From Bacteroidota bacterium (lineage in GTDB: Bacteria; Bacteroidota; Bacteroidia; B-17B0; Aurantibacillaceae), in contig CANFTW010000001.1 of the NCBI GenBank assembly GCA_947450025.1, positions 244,672 to 308,671 of the forward strand: a stretch of 64,000 nucleotides of DNA, in the 5' to 3' direction. Of this stretch, positions 48,411-60,447 are shown one piece after another; positions within the stretch are counted from its first letter, which is position 1, and each line of letters begins with the position of its first letter. The notes beneath the pieces are model-generated. The model was not told the origin of the DNA and did no database searches. It saw nothing but the letters and a program-made list of their open reading frames with translations. The translations under genes were made by a program, and so were the position numbers.

Positions 48411-48444
48411 AAAAAATCCCTGTTAAATTAACAGGGATTTTTTT
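48409..48444. terminator. Bidirectional intrinsic terminator
   Basis: A-run, TCCCTGTTAA/TTAACAGGGA, T-run. Confidence 0.85.
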
Positions 48445-48461
48445 ATATCTCAAATATCATT

Positions 48462-49622
48462 TTAATGAGTTTTTCTTCTTTGTTTTTCTTTAATAATTAA
48501 TCCTAACTCTCTACCTGTTTGACCTTTTACAGAAGTGTTTTCTTGAGCTCTTCGGATTAAATATGGCAACACTTCTTTTACTGGACCATAGGGTACATAC
48601 TTAGATACATTGTAATTTGCTAATGCTAAATTATAACTGATATGGTCACTCATACCTAATAGCTGAGAAAAGAACACACGTTTATCAGCACTAGATACTG
48701 CATACTTATTTAATAATTCAACTAAATACAAACTACTTTTTTCATTATGAGTACCGGCGCAAAGCCCCATCATATCAATGTTTTTCACACATTCTTCTAA
48801 AGCTAAATTGTAATCAATATCAGAATCTTCTTTTGTATCTTGAATTGGAGATGGGTAATTTTTTTCAATGGCTCTTGCTCTTTCTTTTTCCATATAAGCA
48901 CCACGAACTAACTTAGCACCAACAAAAAAACCATTTGCTTTACCTTTAGCAATCGTTTCTTTTAAAAAATGCAATCTATCCTTACGATACAATTGAAACG
49001 TGTTATATACAATTGCTTTTTCTTTATTAAACGTCGCCATATTCTCATCCACCAAATCGTCAATTGCTTGCTGAATCCAACTTTCCTCAGCATCTATAAA
49101 TAATGGCTGATTAGCGTCATGTGCTTCTTTACAAATTAAATGCACGCGTTGTTTCACTTTTTCATATTCTTTAGATTCAGCATCCGTTAATTTTTCATGT
49201 GCACTTACTTTTTCAAGCAATGCAAAACGAGCTAAACCAGTCACTTTAAATACTGAAAAAGGAATATGTTGATCATTTTTAGCCTTATGAATGGTCTCTA
49301 TCGTTTCTTTACAACACGCATCAAAATCCGCTTCACTTTCTTTTCCCTCTACACTATAGTCTAAAATAGTTCCAATATGATATTTCCCTAATTCGGCTAT
49401 GGTTCTATCGCATTCAGTAATGTTTTCACCACCAACAAATTGTTTAAAAATGGTATTTTTAATTAAGCCTTTAAAACCGATTGCTAAACCGATTGGAGCA
49501 GCAACTGCTCCAAACTTAACCAATGAGGGATTACTCACCATTTTAAATAACCAATAAGATCGATTTAAATCGCTATTAGTTTTAGCTTTAAAAGCATTTT
49601 CTGTATTATCAAAAGAAATCAT
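48462..49622 (-). CDS. Monofunctional proline dehydrogenase
   Basis: Start MISFDNTE; IDAEESW, KLVRGAYMEKE, GTHNE, QLLGMSD, KYVPYGP and YLIRRAQEN. Confidence 0.92.
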   Translation of the reverse strand: MISFDNTENAFKAKTNSDLNRSYWLFKMVSNPSLVKFGAVAAPIGLAIGFKGLIKNTIFKQFVGGENITECDRTIAELGKYHIGTILDYSVEGKESEADFDACCKETIETIHKAKNDQHIPFSVFKVTGLARFALLEKVSAHEKLTDAESKEYEKVKQRVHLICKEAHDANQPLFIDAEESWIQQAIDDLVDENMATFNKEKAIVYNTFQLYRKDRLHFLKETIAKGKANGFFVGAKLVRGAYMEKERARAIEKNYPSPIQDTKEDSDIDYNLALEECVKNIDMMGLCAGTHNEKSSLYLVELLNKYAVSSADKRVFFSQLLGMSDHISYNLALANYNVSKYVPYGPVKEVLPYLIRRAQENTSVKGQTGRELGLIIKEKQRRKTH

Positions 49623-49780
49623 AAGTAAAATTGTGTCAAATATAAAGGTTTTATAGCTATACAAACTTGACTTAGCTCATAATGTTTAAAAATTACAAAA
49701 TTATATAAAGTCCTGATTTCTATATAATAACAATATACTTTTAATGCCCTTATTTTATAATAAAAATAGTATTTTTGCTT

Positions 49781-50443
49781 ATGCTAGTTGCCGATTTAAT
49801 AACAGACGAAATTCCTCCATTAAAACATACAGATACTGTAGAGTTGGCCTTGGATTGGATGGAACAATTTAAAGTATCTCATTTAGCTGTTGTTAAAGAT
49901 AGAGAACTCATAGGTTTAGTTTCTGAACATGATTTAATGGATTACAACCATCCTGAAGATGAAATCAAGGAACTAAAAACGCCATTATTAAAACCTATTA
50001 TTCATAACTATCAACATACGTATGACCTGTTAAAATTAATGATGTCTTTTAATCTCACTTTAATACCAGTGTTAGATGATAAAGAATTGTACAAAGGATG
50101 CATTACCTTGAAAGGACTACTTCAAAACATTTCTACTATGGCTTCTGTTCAGGACCAAGGCGGTGTTATTGTTTTAGAAGTTAATCAAGCGGATTATTCA
50201 CTTACTCAAATTTCTAGTATTATTGAAGGAAATGATGCTAAAATTTTAAGTGCGCATGTATCCTCTGTTCCTGATAGCACGAAGGTTGAAGTAACTTTGA
50301 AAATAAATAAAGAAGATTTATCTCGAATTTTACAAACGCTTTATCGCTATAATTATGTTGTCAAGGCTTCATTTCAACACGCTGATTTTGAAAATGGAAT
50401 GAAAGGAAAACTAGATGAATTTTTACATTTTTTAAACATCTAA
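49781..50443 (+). CDS. CBS domain pair protein with C-terminal ACT-like region
   Basis: Two CBS repeats followed by DYSLTQISSIIEGNDAKIL; usual neighbour of NAD kinase. Confidence 0.85.
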   Translation: MLVADLITDEIPPLKHTDTVELALDWMEQFKVSHLAVVKDRELIGLVSEHDLMDYNHPEDEIKELKTPLLKPIIHNYQHTYDLLKLMMSFNLTLIPVLDDKELYKGCITLKGLLQNISTMASVQDQGGVIVLEVNQADYSLTQISSIIEGNDAKILSAHVSSVPDSTKVEVTLKINKEDLSRILQTLYRYNYVVKASFQHADFENGMKGKLDEFLHFLNI

Positions 50444-50457
50444 ATTATTAGAGTTCG

Positions 50458-51333
50458 ATGACTATAGCTGTATACGCCAGAAATACAAAAGATAATTACC
50501 CTAATTACCTAGAGAATTTATTAGCGCTATCTGTAAAAGAGCATTTTAAAATTATTGTTTTTAAACCATACTTAGATTTTTTAAATACCACTTTACAAAA
50601 ATCATTTTCATTTAATACATTCAGTAATTCGGAAGAACTAATTGCTAAAGCCGACTATGTTATTTCGTTAGGTGGTGATGGCACTATGTTAGAAACACTT
50701 GAATTTGTTAGAAAATCTGGCATTCCAGTTCTTGGTGTGAACACAGGGAGATTAGGATTTCTAGCTACTGTTTATAAAGAAGATTTTGAAAAAGCTATTC
50801 AATTATTAATTAAAGAAAAATTCACATTAGATAAAAGAGAATTAATTGAATTAGATAAAACAACGTGTTTTAATGAAGTAAATTATGCGCTCAATGAATT
50901 TACAATTCATAAAAAAGAATCTAGTGCTATGATTAATATTGACACATTTGTTGACGGTGTTTTTTTAAACTCTTATTTTGCGGATGGATTAATTGTCTCT
51001 ACCCCTACCGGATCTACAGCATATTCTTTAAGTTGTGGCGGACCAATTATGGTTCCAGATTCGGATAACTTTATTATTACACCTATTGCTCCTCACAACT
51101 TAAACGTGAGGCCTATTGTGATTTCAAACAATAAAACATTAAGCTTTAAAGTCAGTGGCCGTAGTGATAGTTTTAATGTATCATTAGACTCTAGGTCGCA
51201 AACTATAAAAAATGCATCCGAATTAATAATTAAAAAAGCTGACTTCAGATTTAACATGATTAACTTAGAAGGGCAAGATTTTTTTGAAACGCTCAGAAAC
51301 AAGTTATTATGGGGTATTGACAAGAGACATTAA
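50458..51333 (+). CDS. nadK: NAD kinase
   Basis: GGDGT, GVNTGRLGFL, NE, DGLIVSTPTGSTAYSLSCGGP and KLLWG. Confidence 0.95.
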   Translation: MTIAVYARNTKDNYPNYLENLLALSVKEHFKIIVFKPYLDFLNTTLQKSFSFNTFSNSEELIAKADYVISLGGDGTMLETLEFVRKSGIPVLGVNTGRLGFLATVYKEDFEKAIQLLIKEKFTLDKRELIELDKTTCFNEVNYALNEFTIHKKESSAMINIDTFVDGVFLNSYFADGLIVSTPTGSTAYSLSCGGPIMVPDSDNFIITPIAPHNLNVRPIVISNNKTLSFKVSGRSDSFNVSLDSRSQTIKNASELIIKKADFRFNMINLEGQDFFETLRNKLLWGIDKRH

Positions 51334-51413
51334 CAACCGTTCATTACTCTTAATATTTTATTTTTTATAGTTCTAAAACATTATTTAATTTCGCCAAAAA
51401 TTAACTTATTTAA

Positions 51414-52715
<1,302 letters not shown>

Positions 52716-52734
52716 TTTAATATTCAATTTCTAT

Positions 52735-52763
52735 AAAATCCCGCTCATATTGCGGGATTTTTT
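52735..52763 (+). terminator. Intrinsic terminator of eno
   Basis: AAAATCCCGC...GCGGGATTTTT. Confidence 0.85.
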
Positions 52764-52921
52764 ATGAGCATCATTTTCAAATTAATTATGAAACAGTTGA
52801 CCAGCAAGATGTTATCAACATGCCCTTCCTATAATTGGAATTTAATTAAAATCAATATTTTAAAATATATATTTTATATATTTTTCTAGAAAATTTATAA
52901 GTATCATCTAAAATTAAAATT

Positions 52922-53740
52922 ATGAAAAATCTATTTTGGTTCCTTATTCTTTTCGCGCTTAGTAGTAATGCTCAAAAAGACACTATCTCAAAGTCAATAA
53001 AAGATAAAGCGAGATTTGACGAGGTTATAATGGTAAATGGTGAGGTTAAAACAGGAACCATCACTGAAGTTGGAGAAGACTATATTAAATTTATACACGC
53101 AGGTGAAAGCCTAAATTATAATTTAAAAAAATCAACCATCTCAAAAATTGAATTTTCAAGTGGGCGAATTGAAGTATTAAACAAGCTAATTACTAATCAA
53201 AATTCTGGGAATGTAAATTTCAGTAATAAAGTAGCAGTTTTACCTTTTTCGTATATCAGCGATGCTGGAGACAAAAAGATTGAAAGTATGGAATATGAAA
53301 TTCAAAATGAGTCCTATCTGCTATTAAGTAAAAATGCAACTGGACTTGAAATTCAAGACCCAATGGCAACTAATGCATTACTTATAAAAAATGGAATTAC
53401 TAGAGAAAATTATAAAGGATACACAATGCCGGAAATTGCTGAAATTTTAGGTATTGAATATATTGTTGTAGGCTCAGTAAAAATTGAAAAAACAAATTCA
53501 ACTATAAACTCCTCTCAAAATACATATAGTCAAAATGGTGTTTCAAAAAAAGGTTATACTGGAACAAGCTCTGTCACATCTGTCAATCAAAACTATAAAA
53601 CAAATGTTGATTTATTTATTTATAATAATGAAGGAAAAAAAATATTTGGCGATTCTAGAAACTCTTTTTGGGCATCAACAGATGCCTATAAAGCAACCAT
53701 TAAATATTTATTAAAAAAATCTCCTTTATGGGCTAAATAG
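52922..53740 (+). CDS. Exported hypothetical protein
   Basis: Signal peptide; D.VI..NGE...G.I.E module; VAVLPF...EIAEILGIEYIV.G (CsgG/TolB-N-like alpha/beta pattern). Confidence 0.7.
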   Translation: MKNLFWFLILFALSSNAQKDTISKSIKDKARFDEVIMVNGEVKTGTITEVGEDYIKFIHAGESLNYNLKKSTISKIEFSSGRIEVLNKLITNQNSGNVNFSNKVAVLPFSYISDAGDKKIESMEYEIQNESYLLLSKNATGLEIQDPMATNALLIKNGITRENYKGYTMPEIAEILGIEYIVVGSVKIEKTNSTINSSQNTYSQNGVSKKGYTGTSSVTSVNQNYKTNVDLFIYNNEGKKIFGDSRNSFWASTDAYKATIKYLLKKSPLWAK

Positions 53741-53782
53741 TTTAACTCTTCTTATTAAACATCTTTTCAGAAGACATCTTAT

Positions 53783-54552
53783 ATCAAAAAATAAAAATTA
53801 CTACCTGAAATATATTCTTAATTCTTTCGGTGATGACTCATTCTCAAAATAATGAACCTGAAAAAAAGAAATTGATCCATCAAAACCTACAAACCTGTAT
53901 ACAAAGTTTAACGCTAACCTTGAATTTCAATCCAGTAAATCACAAAATCTTTAAGGTGTAAGAACAAACATACAATATGCGACCAACTCCAACAATCTAA
54001 TATTATTAGAACTACCAATATTATATAATGATCATAATTCAAAAGTTGGATTAGGTGATATTCGTTTTCGATATTTTAATGCGGTTAAGCGAAATGTAAG
54101 CCATTCATTTATTGCAATTGCTCCATTTGCAGAGATTGGAATACCAATTGGATCTTTTAAAACTAGATTAGATAGCAGCTCTTGGTCCTGAGCTGGCGTT
54201 GTAGTTTTTAGATTTATTCTATCAAAAAAACCTTTCATTGTTCCCTGGAATTAAAAATATGCACATTACAAAAACTGAAACCAATTTAATACCAGATATA
54301 AATAAATTAAGTAGCAACGTTATTAAAATTCAATTTAATGCAAGTTATGTCATAAATAAAAGCACGTAATTGTTTATCAATACTAATTCATCTTTATTAA
54401 ATTCTAATGTAACTTTGGAAACTATTTGGGCAGCAGAGTTTAACCTTAATGAAATTAATATGCTAAATAAATTTAAAATCAATATTAGCTTTAGTCCTAA
54501 TTTAACTTATGAAATCTACACACTCAGATTTGGAAAAACATTCTTTTTATAA
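53783..54552 (+). pseudogene. Decayed outer-membrane beta-barrel protein gene
   Basis: Joined frames read KKEIDPSKPTNLYTKFNANLEFQ..QNL*GVRTNIQYA..ELPILYND..GLGDIRFRYF..SSSWS*AG..(fs)LSLFPGI..QFNASYVINKST*LFIN..YTLRFGKTFFL. Stops at 53952, 54189 and 54367; frameshifts at two A7 runs. Confidence 0.75.
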
Positions 54553-54690
54553 ATACGTTTTATTTTCATCCAGTTTTAATTCATAATATTTGAAAACAGT
54601 TCTATTTCTTTTAATAAAGAAATCTTTATTTACTTGACTAAAGACACTTGCAATCAAGCAAATAAATATAGACCTTTACAGATATATTGT

Positions 54691-56553
54691 ATGAAGAAAA
54701 AAATTGAAATTTTAGCTCCTGCCAAAAACTTGGTACAAGGTATGGCTGCCATTAATGCAGGCGCCGATGCTGTATACATTGGAGCCCCTCTGTTTGGAGC
54801 TAGATCAAATGCAACCAACTCTGTAGAAGATATTGAGGAATTAGTGCAATACGCGCATTTATTTAAAGCACAAGTATTTGTGGTAGTGAATACAATATTA
54901 TATGACCATGAATTAGAAGATTGTAAAAAATTAATTCATCAATTATACAATATTGGAGTAGATGCGCTTATCGTTCAAGACATGGCTGTTCTTGAAATGG
55001 ACTTACCACCAATCGTGATTCATGCCAGTACACAAGCAAATAATAGAGACCCAAAACATGTAAAATTTTTGGCTGATGCTGGAATAAAGCGTGTTGTATT
55101 GGCTCGCGAGTTAAATTTAGATCAAATTAAAGATATTCATAAAGCTACAGATGTTGAATTAGAATTTTTTGTCTCAGGCGCATTATGTGTTTCATTTAGC
55201 GGAAACTGTTACATGAGTATTGCTAACGGCGAGCGAAGTGCTAACAGAGGATCTTGTGCCCAAAATTGTCGTTTACCTTATAATTTAGTTGACGGAACAG
55301 GACAGACACTCATTGCCAATAGCCATTTATTATCCATAAAAGATTTAGATTTAAGCGATCAATTGCCTAATTTAATAGAAGCTGGGATTACTTCTTTTAA
55401 AATTGAAGGGCGATTAAAAGATATGGTATATGTTAAAAACAATACATCTTACTTGCGTAAAAAATTAGATGCCTTTTTAGAGAATAATGAGCATTACCAA
55501 AAAGCTTCGTCAGGTAGAACCTTCTTTAATTTTGACGCCGAAATGGATAGAAGTTTCAATAGAGGGTATACCGATTACTTTGTAAATAAACGCACCGAAA
55601 AAATTGGATCATGGGATAGTCCGAAATCTCAAGGACAATACATTGGCAAATTAATTGACACAAAAGCAAACGGTTACGTCATTGAAAATTATGAAAAGCT
55701 AAATAATGGCGATGGTTTATATTTCTTAAATGAAAACAATGAGCCAGATGGTATGCAAATAAATATTATCATCAATGACATTGTCGTGCCTAATACATTT
55801 AAAAACATTAAACCAGGCACAATCATTTACAGAAATTCAGATGCCGAATTTAACCGATTGGTTGAAAGGGACGATAGTGCTATCAGAAAAATAGGTGTGA
55901 ATTTAAAATTCACAGAAACAGCTAATGGATTCCAATTATTAGCTATTGACGAGGATGGCCATCAAAGTGTTTCTTCGTTTGAAACAGCAAAAGAGCTAGC
56001 TAAAAACGAAGAATCAACGACTCCAAATATTAAAAAGAATTTATCAAAAGCTGGAGGCACACCATTTATTATTGACAGTATAGAGGTGGAGTTTTCGCAA
56101 AACTGGTTTTTACCCATTTCTAAAATCAACGAAATCAGACGAGTTGTTTTGGAGCAGTTAATTGACATTAGAATAAAAGACTATCATCGTGAAGAATTCC
56201 AAATCACTAAAACAGATCATCCATATCCTGTTAGTAAGTTAGATTTTACCTATAATGTCTCTAATCCAATGGCTAGAGCATTTTATAAAAGACATGGTGT
56301 TACAGAAATTGAAAAAGCATTTGAGTTACAATGGGATCCAGGTAAATCGCGCGTAATGGTTACTAAATACTGCGTAAAGTATGAATTAGGAAAATGTGCA
56401 CGTTTTCAAAGAGATACCATGGGCGAAAAAGTGGTTGAACCTCTTACTTTAACTCATGGCGAAAATGCCTATAAATTAAAATTCAATTGTAAGCCTTGCG
56501 AAATGGAGATTTGGGAAAAAGATGCTGAACTGGAGTTTGAAGATGAAGATTAA
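54691..56553 (+). CDS. U32 family protein, long form (RlhA-like RNA hydroxylation protein)
   Basis: EILAPA, GADAVYIG, HASTQ, LAREL, GALCVSFSGNCYMS, RSANRGSCAQNCRLPY and KIEGR. Start at MKKKIEIL. Confidence 0.88.
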   Translation: MKKKIEILAPAKNLVQGMAAINAGADAVYIGAPLFGARSNATNSVEDIEELVQYAHLFKAQVFVVVNTILYDHELEDCKKLIHQLYNIGVDALIVQDMAVLEMDLPPIVIHASTQANNRDPKHVKFLADAGIKRVVLARELNLDQIKDIHKATDVELEFFVSGALCVSFSGNCYMSIANGERSANRGSCAQNCRLPYNLVDGTGQTLIANSHLLSIKDLDLSDQLPNLIEAGITSFKIEGRLKDMVYVKNNTSYLRKKLDAFLENNEHYQKASSGRTFFNFDAEMDRSFNRGYTDYFVNKRTEKIGSWDSPKSQGQYIGKLIDTKANGYVIENYEKLNNGDGLYFLNENNEPDGMQINIIINDIVVPNTFKNIKPGTIIYRNSDAEFNRLVERDDSAIRKIGVNLKFTETANGFQLLAIDEDGHQSVSSFETAKELAKNEESTTPNIKKNLSKAGGTPFIIDSIEVEFSQNWFLPISKINEIRRVVLEQLIDIRIKDYHREEFQITKTDHPYPVSKLDFTYNVSNPMARAFYKRHGVTEIEKAFELQWDPGKSRVMVTKYCVKYELGKCARFQRDTMGEKVVEPLTLTHGENAYKLKFNCKPCEMEIWEKDAELEFEDED

Positions 56554-56595
56554 ACTATAAAAAAAGCATCAAAATTGATGCTTTTTTTATAGTTT
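56552..56595. terminator. Bidirectional intrinsic terminator
   Basis: Perfect inverted repeat AAACTATAAAAAAAGCATC / GATGCTTTTTTTATAGTTT. Confidence 0.85.
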
Positions 56596-56601
56596 TTGTG
56601 T

Positions 56602-57507
56602 TTAAAATTTCGCTCTAATTTTTCTAACTCGTCTGTTACGATTGTTAAAGAAATTACCATAACGTCCTCTGTAAAAACTAGATTTGCCTCTTAAAACATA
56701 ACTATAAGTTAGATTCATAGTCATATAAGAATCTTTGTGGGTTTTGTCTCCTCGTTTTTGTCCCCAATCATGTGATTTATATAACCCAACATTTTCCGGA
56801 GTTATTGCAACACCTAATTCAGGCGTTCTTAATGATAAACTTGGGTCTCCAGACTCACTAGGATTATCAGGATAATTACTACTAATATCATCTAGGTAAT
56901 CTGAAAAAGTAGTTCTATAATTAAATTCATATCCAATACGATGCTTTTTGTCAATTGTAAAATAAAAACCAATTCCCATTGGAATATTAATACCTACTGG
57001 AGAATACCGAACGCCTTCCGTGTGAAGTGGGCGTAATTTAACCCCTCCATCTAATGTTTTTGGATTTGAATAATAACCTCCTACCCCAGCGAAAACATAA
57101 GCTCTAAATCCATTTTTGTATCTGTAGGTGTTTCCTAAATCATTGTCTTCATAAAAAAACACTTGACCTGTCAGCGCCAAATCAAACATATCATTTCTAA
57201 AATTTAAATTGCGAGCATTACGAGCAGGATTTGACGATAATTTATCATCTCCTTCCAAACGCAAATAATCTAAAGCTAATTTAAGAGAAATTTTTCTGTG
57301 AATTTTATATCTAGCAAACCCTCCAACATTCCAGCGAGTTTTGGCCATTTTCATGTCGGCCAAAAAATCACGTCGTGTTTTTTCTTTTCCACCAATATCA
57401 CCCAAATAATTCGAAACGCCAACAGAAACTCCATAATCCCAAAGCCATTGAGCCTTTGCAGCTGAAGTTGTTAATACAATTAGAAATATAATAATGATGT
57501 TTTTCAT
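56602..57507 (-). CDS. DUF6089-like outer-membrane beta-barrel protein
   Basis: GVSNYLGDIGG, RNLNFRN, L.TEG..Y, R.TFSDYLDDIS and RGD...KDSY. Confidence 0.75.
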   Translation of the reverse strand: MKNIIIIFLIVLTTSAAKAQWLWDYGVSVGVSNYLGDIGGKEKTRRDFLADMKMAKTRWNVGGFARYKIHRKISLKLALDYLRLEGDDKLSSNPARNARNLNFRNDMFDLALTGQVFFYEDNDLGNTYRYKNGFRAYVFAGVGGYYSNPKTLDGGVKLRPLHTEGVRYSPVGINIPMGIGFYFTIDKKHRIGYEFNYRTTFSDYLDDISSNYPDNPSESGDPSLSLRTPELGVAITPENVGLYKSHDWGQKRGDKTHKDSYMTMNLTYSYVLRGKSSFYRGRYGNFFNNRNRRVRKIRAKF

Positions 57508-57573
57508 TTAACTAGTGCAATATTAGTTACAAAAATAATAAAATCTTTAACTTTACCACAAAAAATTACATAT

Positions 57574-58518
57574 ATGATGTCAATTAAGCATTTATTTAAC
57601 ATAAAATACCCCATCGTACAAGGAGGTATGATTTGGTGCAGTGGTTGGAAACTAGCTGCTGCTGTTTCAAATGCAGGTGGTCTTGGCTTAATTGGTTCTG
57701 GTTCGATGTACCCCGAGGTACTGAGACAGCATATCCAAAAATGTAAACACGCAACCAATAAACCATTTGGTGTAAATGTTCCATTATTGTATCCAAATAT
57801 CGAAGAACATATCAAAATTATTATTGAAGAAGGGGTAAAAATCGTCTTTACTTCTGCTGGCAATCCCAAAACATGGACTAATCATTTAAAAAATCATGAC
57901 ATTGCCGTTGTACACGTTGTATCTAATATAAAATTTGCAGTTAAATGTCAAGACGCTGGAGTAGATGCCATTGTCACTGAAGGCTTTGAAGCTGGCGGTC
58001 ATAATGGACGAGAGGAAACAACAACTTTAGTGCTGATTCCTGAAGTCAAAAAACATATTTCAATACCTTTAATTGCTGCAGGTGGTATAGGTTCAGGAAG
58101 TGCCATGGCGGCTGCATTTGCTTTAGGTGCCTCAGGGGTTCAAATTGGTAGTCGTTTTGTCACAACACAAGAATCATCGGCTCATCTTAATTTTAAAAAT
58201 GCCATTTTAGCCGCAAAAGAAGGTGATACTCAATTATCATTAAAACAATTAACCCCTGTTCGATTACTTAAAAATTCATTTTCTGAAAAAGTTTTCGAAT
58301 TAGAAAAACAAGGTGCCTCCGCTGAGGAATTAAATACACTTCTTGGAAGAGGAAGAGCAAAGAAAGGCATGTTTGAAGGTGATTTAACTGAAGGTGAATT
58401 AGAAATAGGCCAAGTTTCTGGGGGGATTCAAACCATACAAACAGCGAAAGAGGTGATTGATGAAATTATCGATGAATATAACTTAGTTATAAAAAGACTA
58501 GAGCACGCTTATTTATAA
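57574..58518 (+). CDS. Nitronate monooxygenase / FabK-like flavin oxidoreductase
   Basis: YPIVQGGM, SNAGGLG, EGFEAGGH, IAAGGI and GVQIGSRF. Confidence 0.88.
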   Translation: MMSIKHLFNIKYPIVQGGMIWCSGWKLAAAVSNAGGLGLIGSGSMYPEVLRQHIQKCKHATNKPFGVNVPLLYPNIEEHIKIIIEEGVKIVFTSAGNPKTWTNHLKNHDIAVVHVVSNIKFAVKCQDAGVDAIVTEGFEAGGHNGREETTTLVLIPEVKKHISIPLIAAGGIGSGSAMAAAFALGASGVQIGSRFVTTQESSAHLNFKNAILAAKEGDTQLSLKQLTPVRLLKNSFSEKVFELEKQGASAEELNTLLGRGRAKKGMFEGDLTEGELEIGQVSGGIQTIQTAKEVIDEIIDEYNLVIKRLEHAYL

Positions 58519-59043
58519 TTTAGCAATCAGTCTCTTCATTTTTCTGGCGGTAGCCTTAATACCAGGACTTTCTTCAGATAAATTTAAATGATTGAGCACT
58601 GCTGAAAACTCGTTAATCAATTCAGTATAAGGCTTAGAAATATTAAACACAATAGTCATAGCAAAGGCTCTCACTGCTATGGCGTCTGATGGATTTTTAA
58701 TGTACTCATAACATTTATCGAGCATAAATGATTCGTACTTTTTAGGTACGGGTTGATTTAAAAACATTCGCAAAATGCTCCGAATAATACCACTATGAAT
58801 TTTTTTGTGTTTCAAATGTTCGATTAATTGTAATTGAAATGGTTTTATTCTTTCAAAATCAAATTCGGCACAATAATTCAAAACCCAGATAGCTCTATTA
58901 CCAACTAACTGATTTTCTTCTAACGAAAATATTAATAATTCTTTTTCCAAATGATTATCCAAAATTTCTTGAGCTAATACTTTAGCATTGAAATTTCGAT
59001 TTTCGAAAATGGAGCGAGAAAGGCTCGTTTGTTTTGAAGACAT
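58513..59043 (-). CDS. Helical-repeat (HEAT-like) hypothetical protein
   Basis: RAIWVL, IRSILR, IAVRAFAM and SPGIKA.AR helical pattern. Confidence 0.65.
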   Translation of the reverse strand: MSSKQTSLSRSIFENRNFNAKVLAQEILDNHLEKELLIFSLEENQLVGNRAIWVLNYCAEFDFERIKPFQLQLIEHLKHKKIHSGIIRSILRMFLNQPVPKKYESFMLDKCYEYIKNPSDAIAVRAFAMTIVFNISKPYTELINEFSAVLNHLNLSEESPGIKATARKMKRLIAKL

Positions 59044-59144
59044 ATCCTAAATTAAACTCAAATAAACATATATTTTTTTAAATTTAAAATTAGCTTTGTG
59101 TTTTATCAAATTATATGTAAACTCGTATAAATTTAGAGAAATTA

Positions 59145-60446
59145 ATGAGTACCCTATTACCAATTATCGAAACAAAATCACCTTCCGAAATTGAAGAATT
59201 TCAGAAGAAAAAATTAATTGAATTATTAGCGTATGTTAACACTCATTCTAAATTTTATCAATCTCACTTTGAAAAAAACGGAATTGATATTTCAAAGATT
59301 ACCTTGCTCAGTGATTTACAAAAAATACCCACCACTTCAAAAGATGATTTGTACCATCATAATCAAGATTTTATTTGTGTATCACCCGATAAAATTATTG
59401 ATTATGTGACAACTAGTGGCACATTAGGAGACCCTTTGACATTTGTTTTAACGAACAAAGATTTAGACCGCTTGGCTTATAACGAACATATATCTTTAGC
59501 TTGTGCTGGAGGAAGCAAACACGATATATATCAATTAATGACTACCATAGATAGACGCTTTATGGCAGGCATGGCTTATTTTTTAGGATTAAAAGAAATG
59601 GGTGCTGGCGTGGTGAGAGTTGGTAATGGGATGCCTGAATTTCAATGGGATACCATTAAACGATTAAACCCAACTATTGCCATAGCAGTTCCTTCATTTT
59701 TATTAAAACTTATTGAATTTGCTGAACAAAATAATATTGATTATACAAACTGTAGCATTAAAAAAATAGTTTGTATAGGAGAACCAATCCGCAATGAAGA
59801 TTTTTCATACAACACACTTGGAAAACGCATTACAGATAAATGGCCCTTACAATTATTTAGCACTTATGCCTCAACTGAAATGGGTGCTGCATTTACAGAA
59901 TGTGAAGCAGGTAAAGGTGGGCATCACCATCCGGAATTATTAATTGTTGAATTTTTAGATGAACATAATCAACCTGTTGCAAAAGGGGAAGCTGGAGAAT
60001 TAACAGTAACCACATTAGATGTTGAAGGTATACCTTTGATTCGTTTTAAAACTGGTGATATTTGCAAGGCGCATTACGAACCTTGTTCTTGCGGAAGAAC
60101 AACGCTTCGTATTAGCCCAATTTTAGGGCGCAAACAACAAATGATCAAATTTAAGGGCACTAGTTTATATCCACCCGCATTATATGATATTTTAAATACG
60201 GTTCCTTATATAAAAAATTACATTGTAGAAGTGTATACCAATGACATTGGAACAGATGAAATTACAATAAACATAGGAGCAACTAATCCTCCTGACAATT
60301 TTGACAAAGAATTAAAAGACCATTTTAGGGCAAAATTAAGAGTAGCGCCTGCGATAATTTTAGATTCTCCCGAAAATATTAGCAAACGACAATTACCTGA
60401 AATGAGCAGAAAACCAATCACATTTATAGATAGAAGAACTAAATAG
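59145..60446 (+). CDS. Phenylacetate-CoA ligase-like AMP-binding enzyme
   Basis: IPTTSKDDL, TTSGTLGDP, IGEP, YASTE, PLIRFKTGD and GRKQQMIKFKG; -7 box TAGCTTTG at 59091. Confidence 0.88.
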   Translation: MSTLLPIIETKSPSEIEEFQKKKLIELLAYVNTHSKFYQSHFEKNGIDISKITLLSDLQKIPTTSKDDLYHHNQDFICVSPDKIIDYVTTSGTLGDPLTFVLTNKDLDRLAYNEHISLACAGGSKHDIYQLMTTIDRRFMAGMAYFLGLKEMGAGVVRVGNGMPEFQWDTIKRLNPTIAIAVPSFLLKLIEFAEQNNIDYTNCSIKKIVCIGEPIRNEDFSYNTLGKRITDKWPLQLFSTYASTEMGAAFTECEAGKGGHHHPELLIVEFLDEHNQPVAKGEAGELTVTTLDVEGIPLIRFKTGDICKAHYEPCSCGRTTLRISPILGRKQQMIKFKGTSLYPPALYDILNTVPYIKNYIVEVYTNDIGTDEITINIGATNPPDNFDKELKDHFRAKLRVAPAIILDSPENISKRQLPEMSRKPITFIDRRTK

Positions 60447-60447
60447 C

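Noticed and set aside
54032..54552. ORFs 54032-54238 (-) and 54370-54552 (+) as independent genes
   Set aside because: The first is antisense to the pseudogene and the second is its C-terminal fragment.
53783..54552. Stop-codon reassignment or programmed readthrough
   Set aside because: The stops are of mixed type, come with frameshifts, and all other genes use the standard code.
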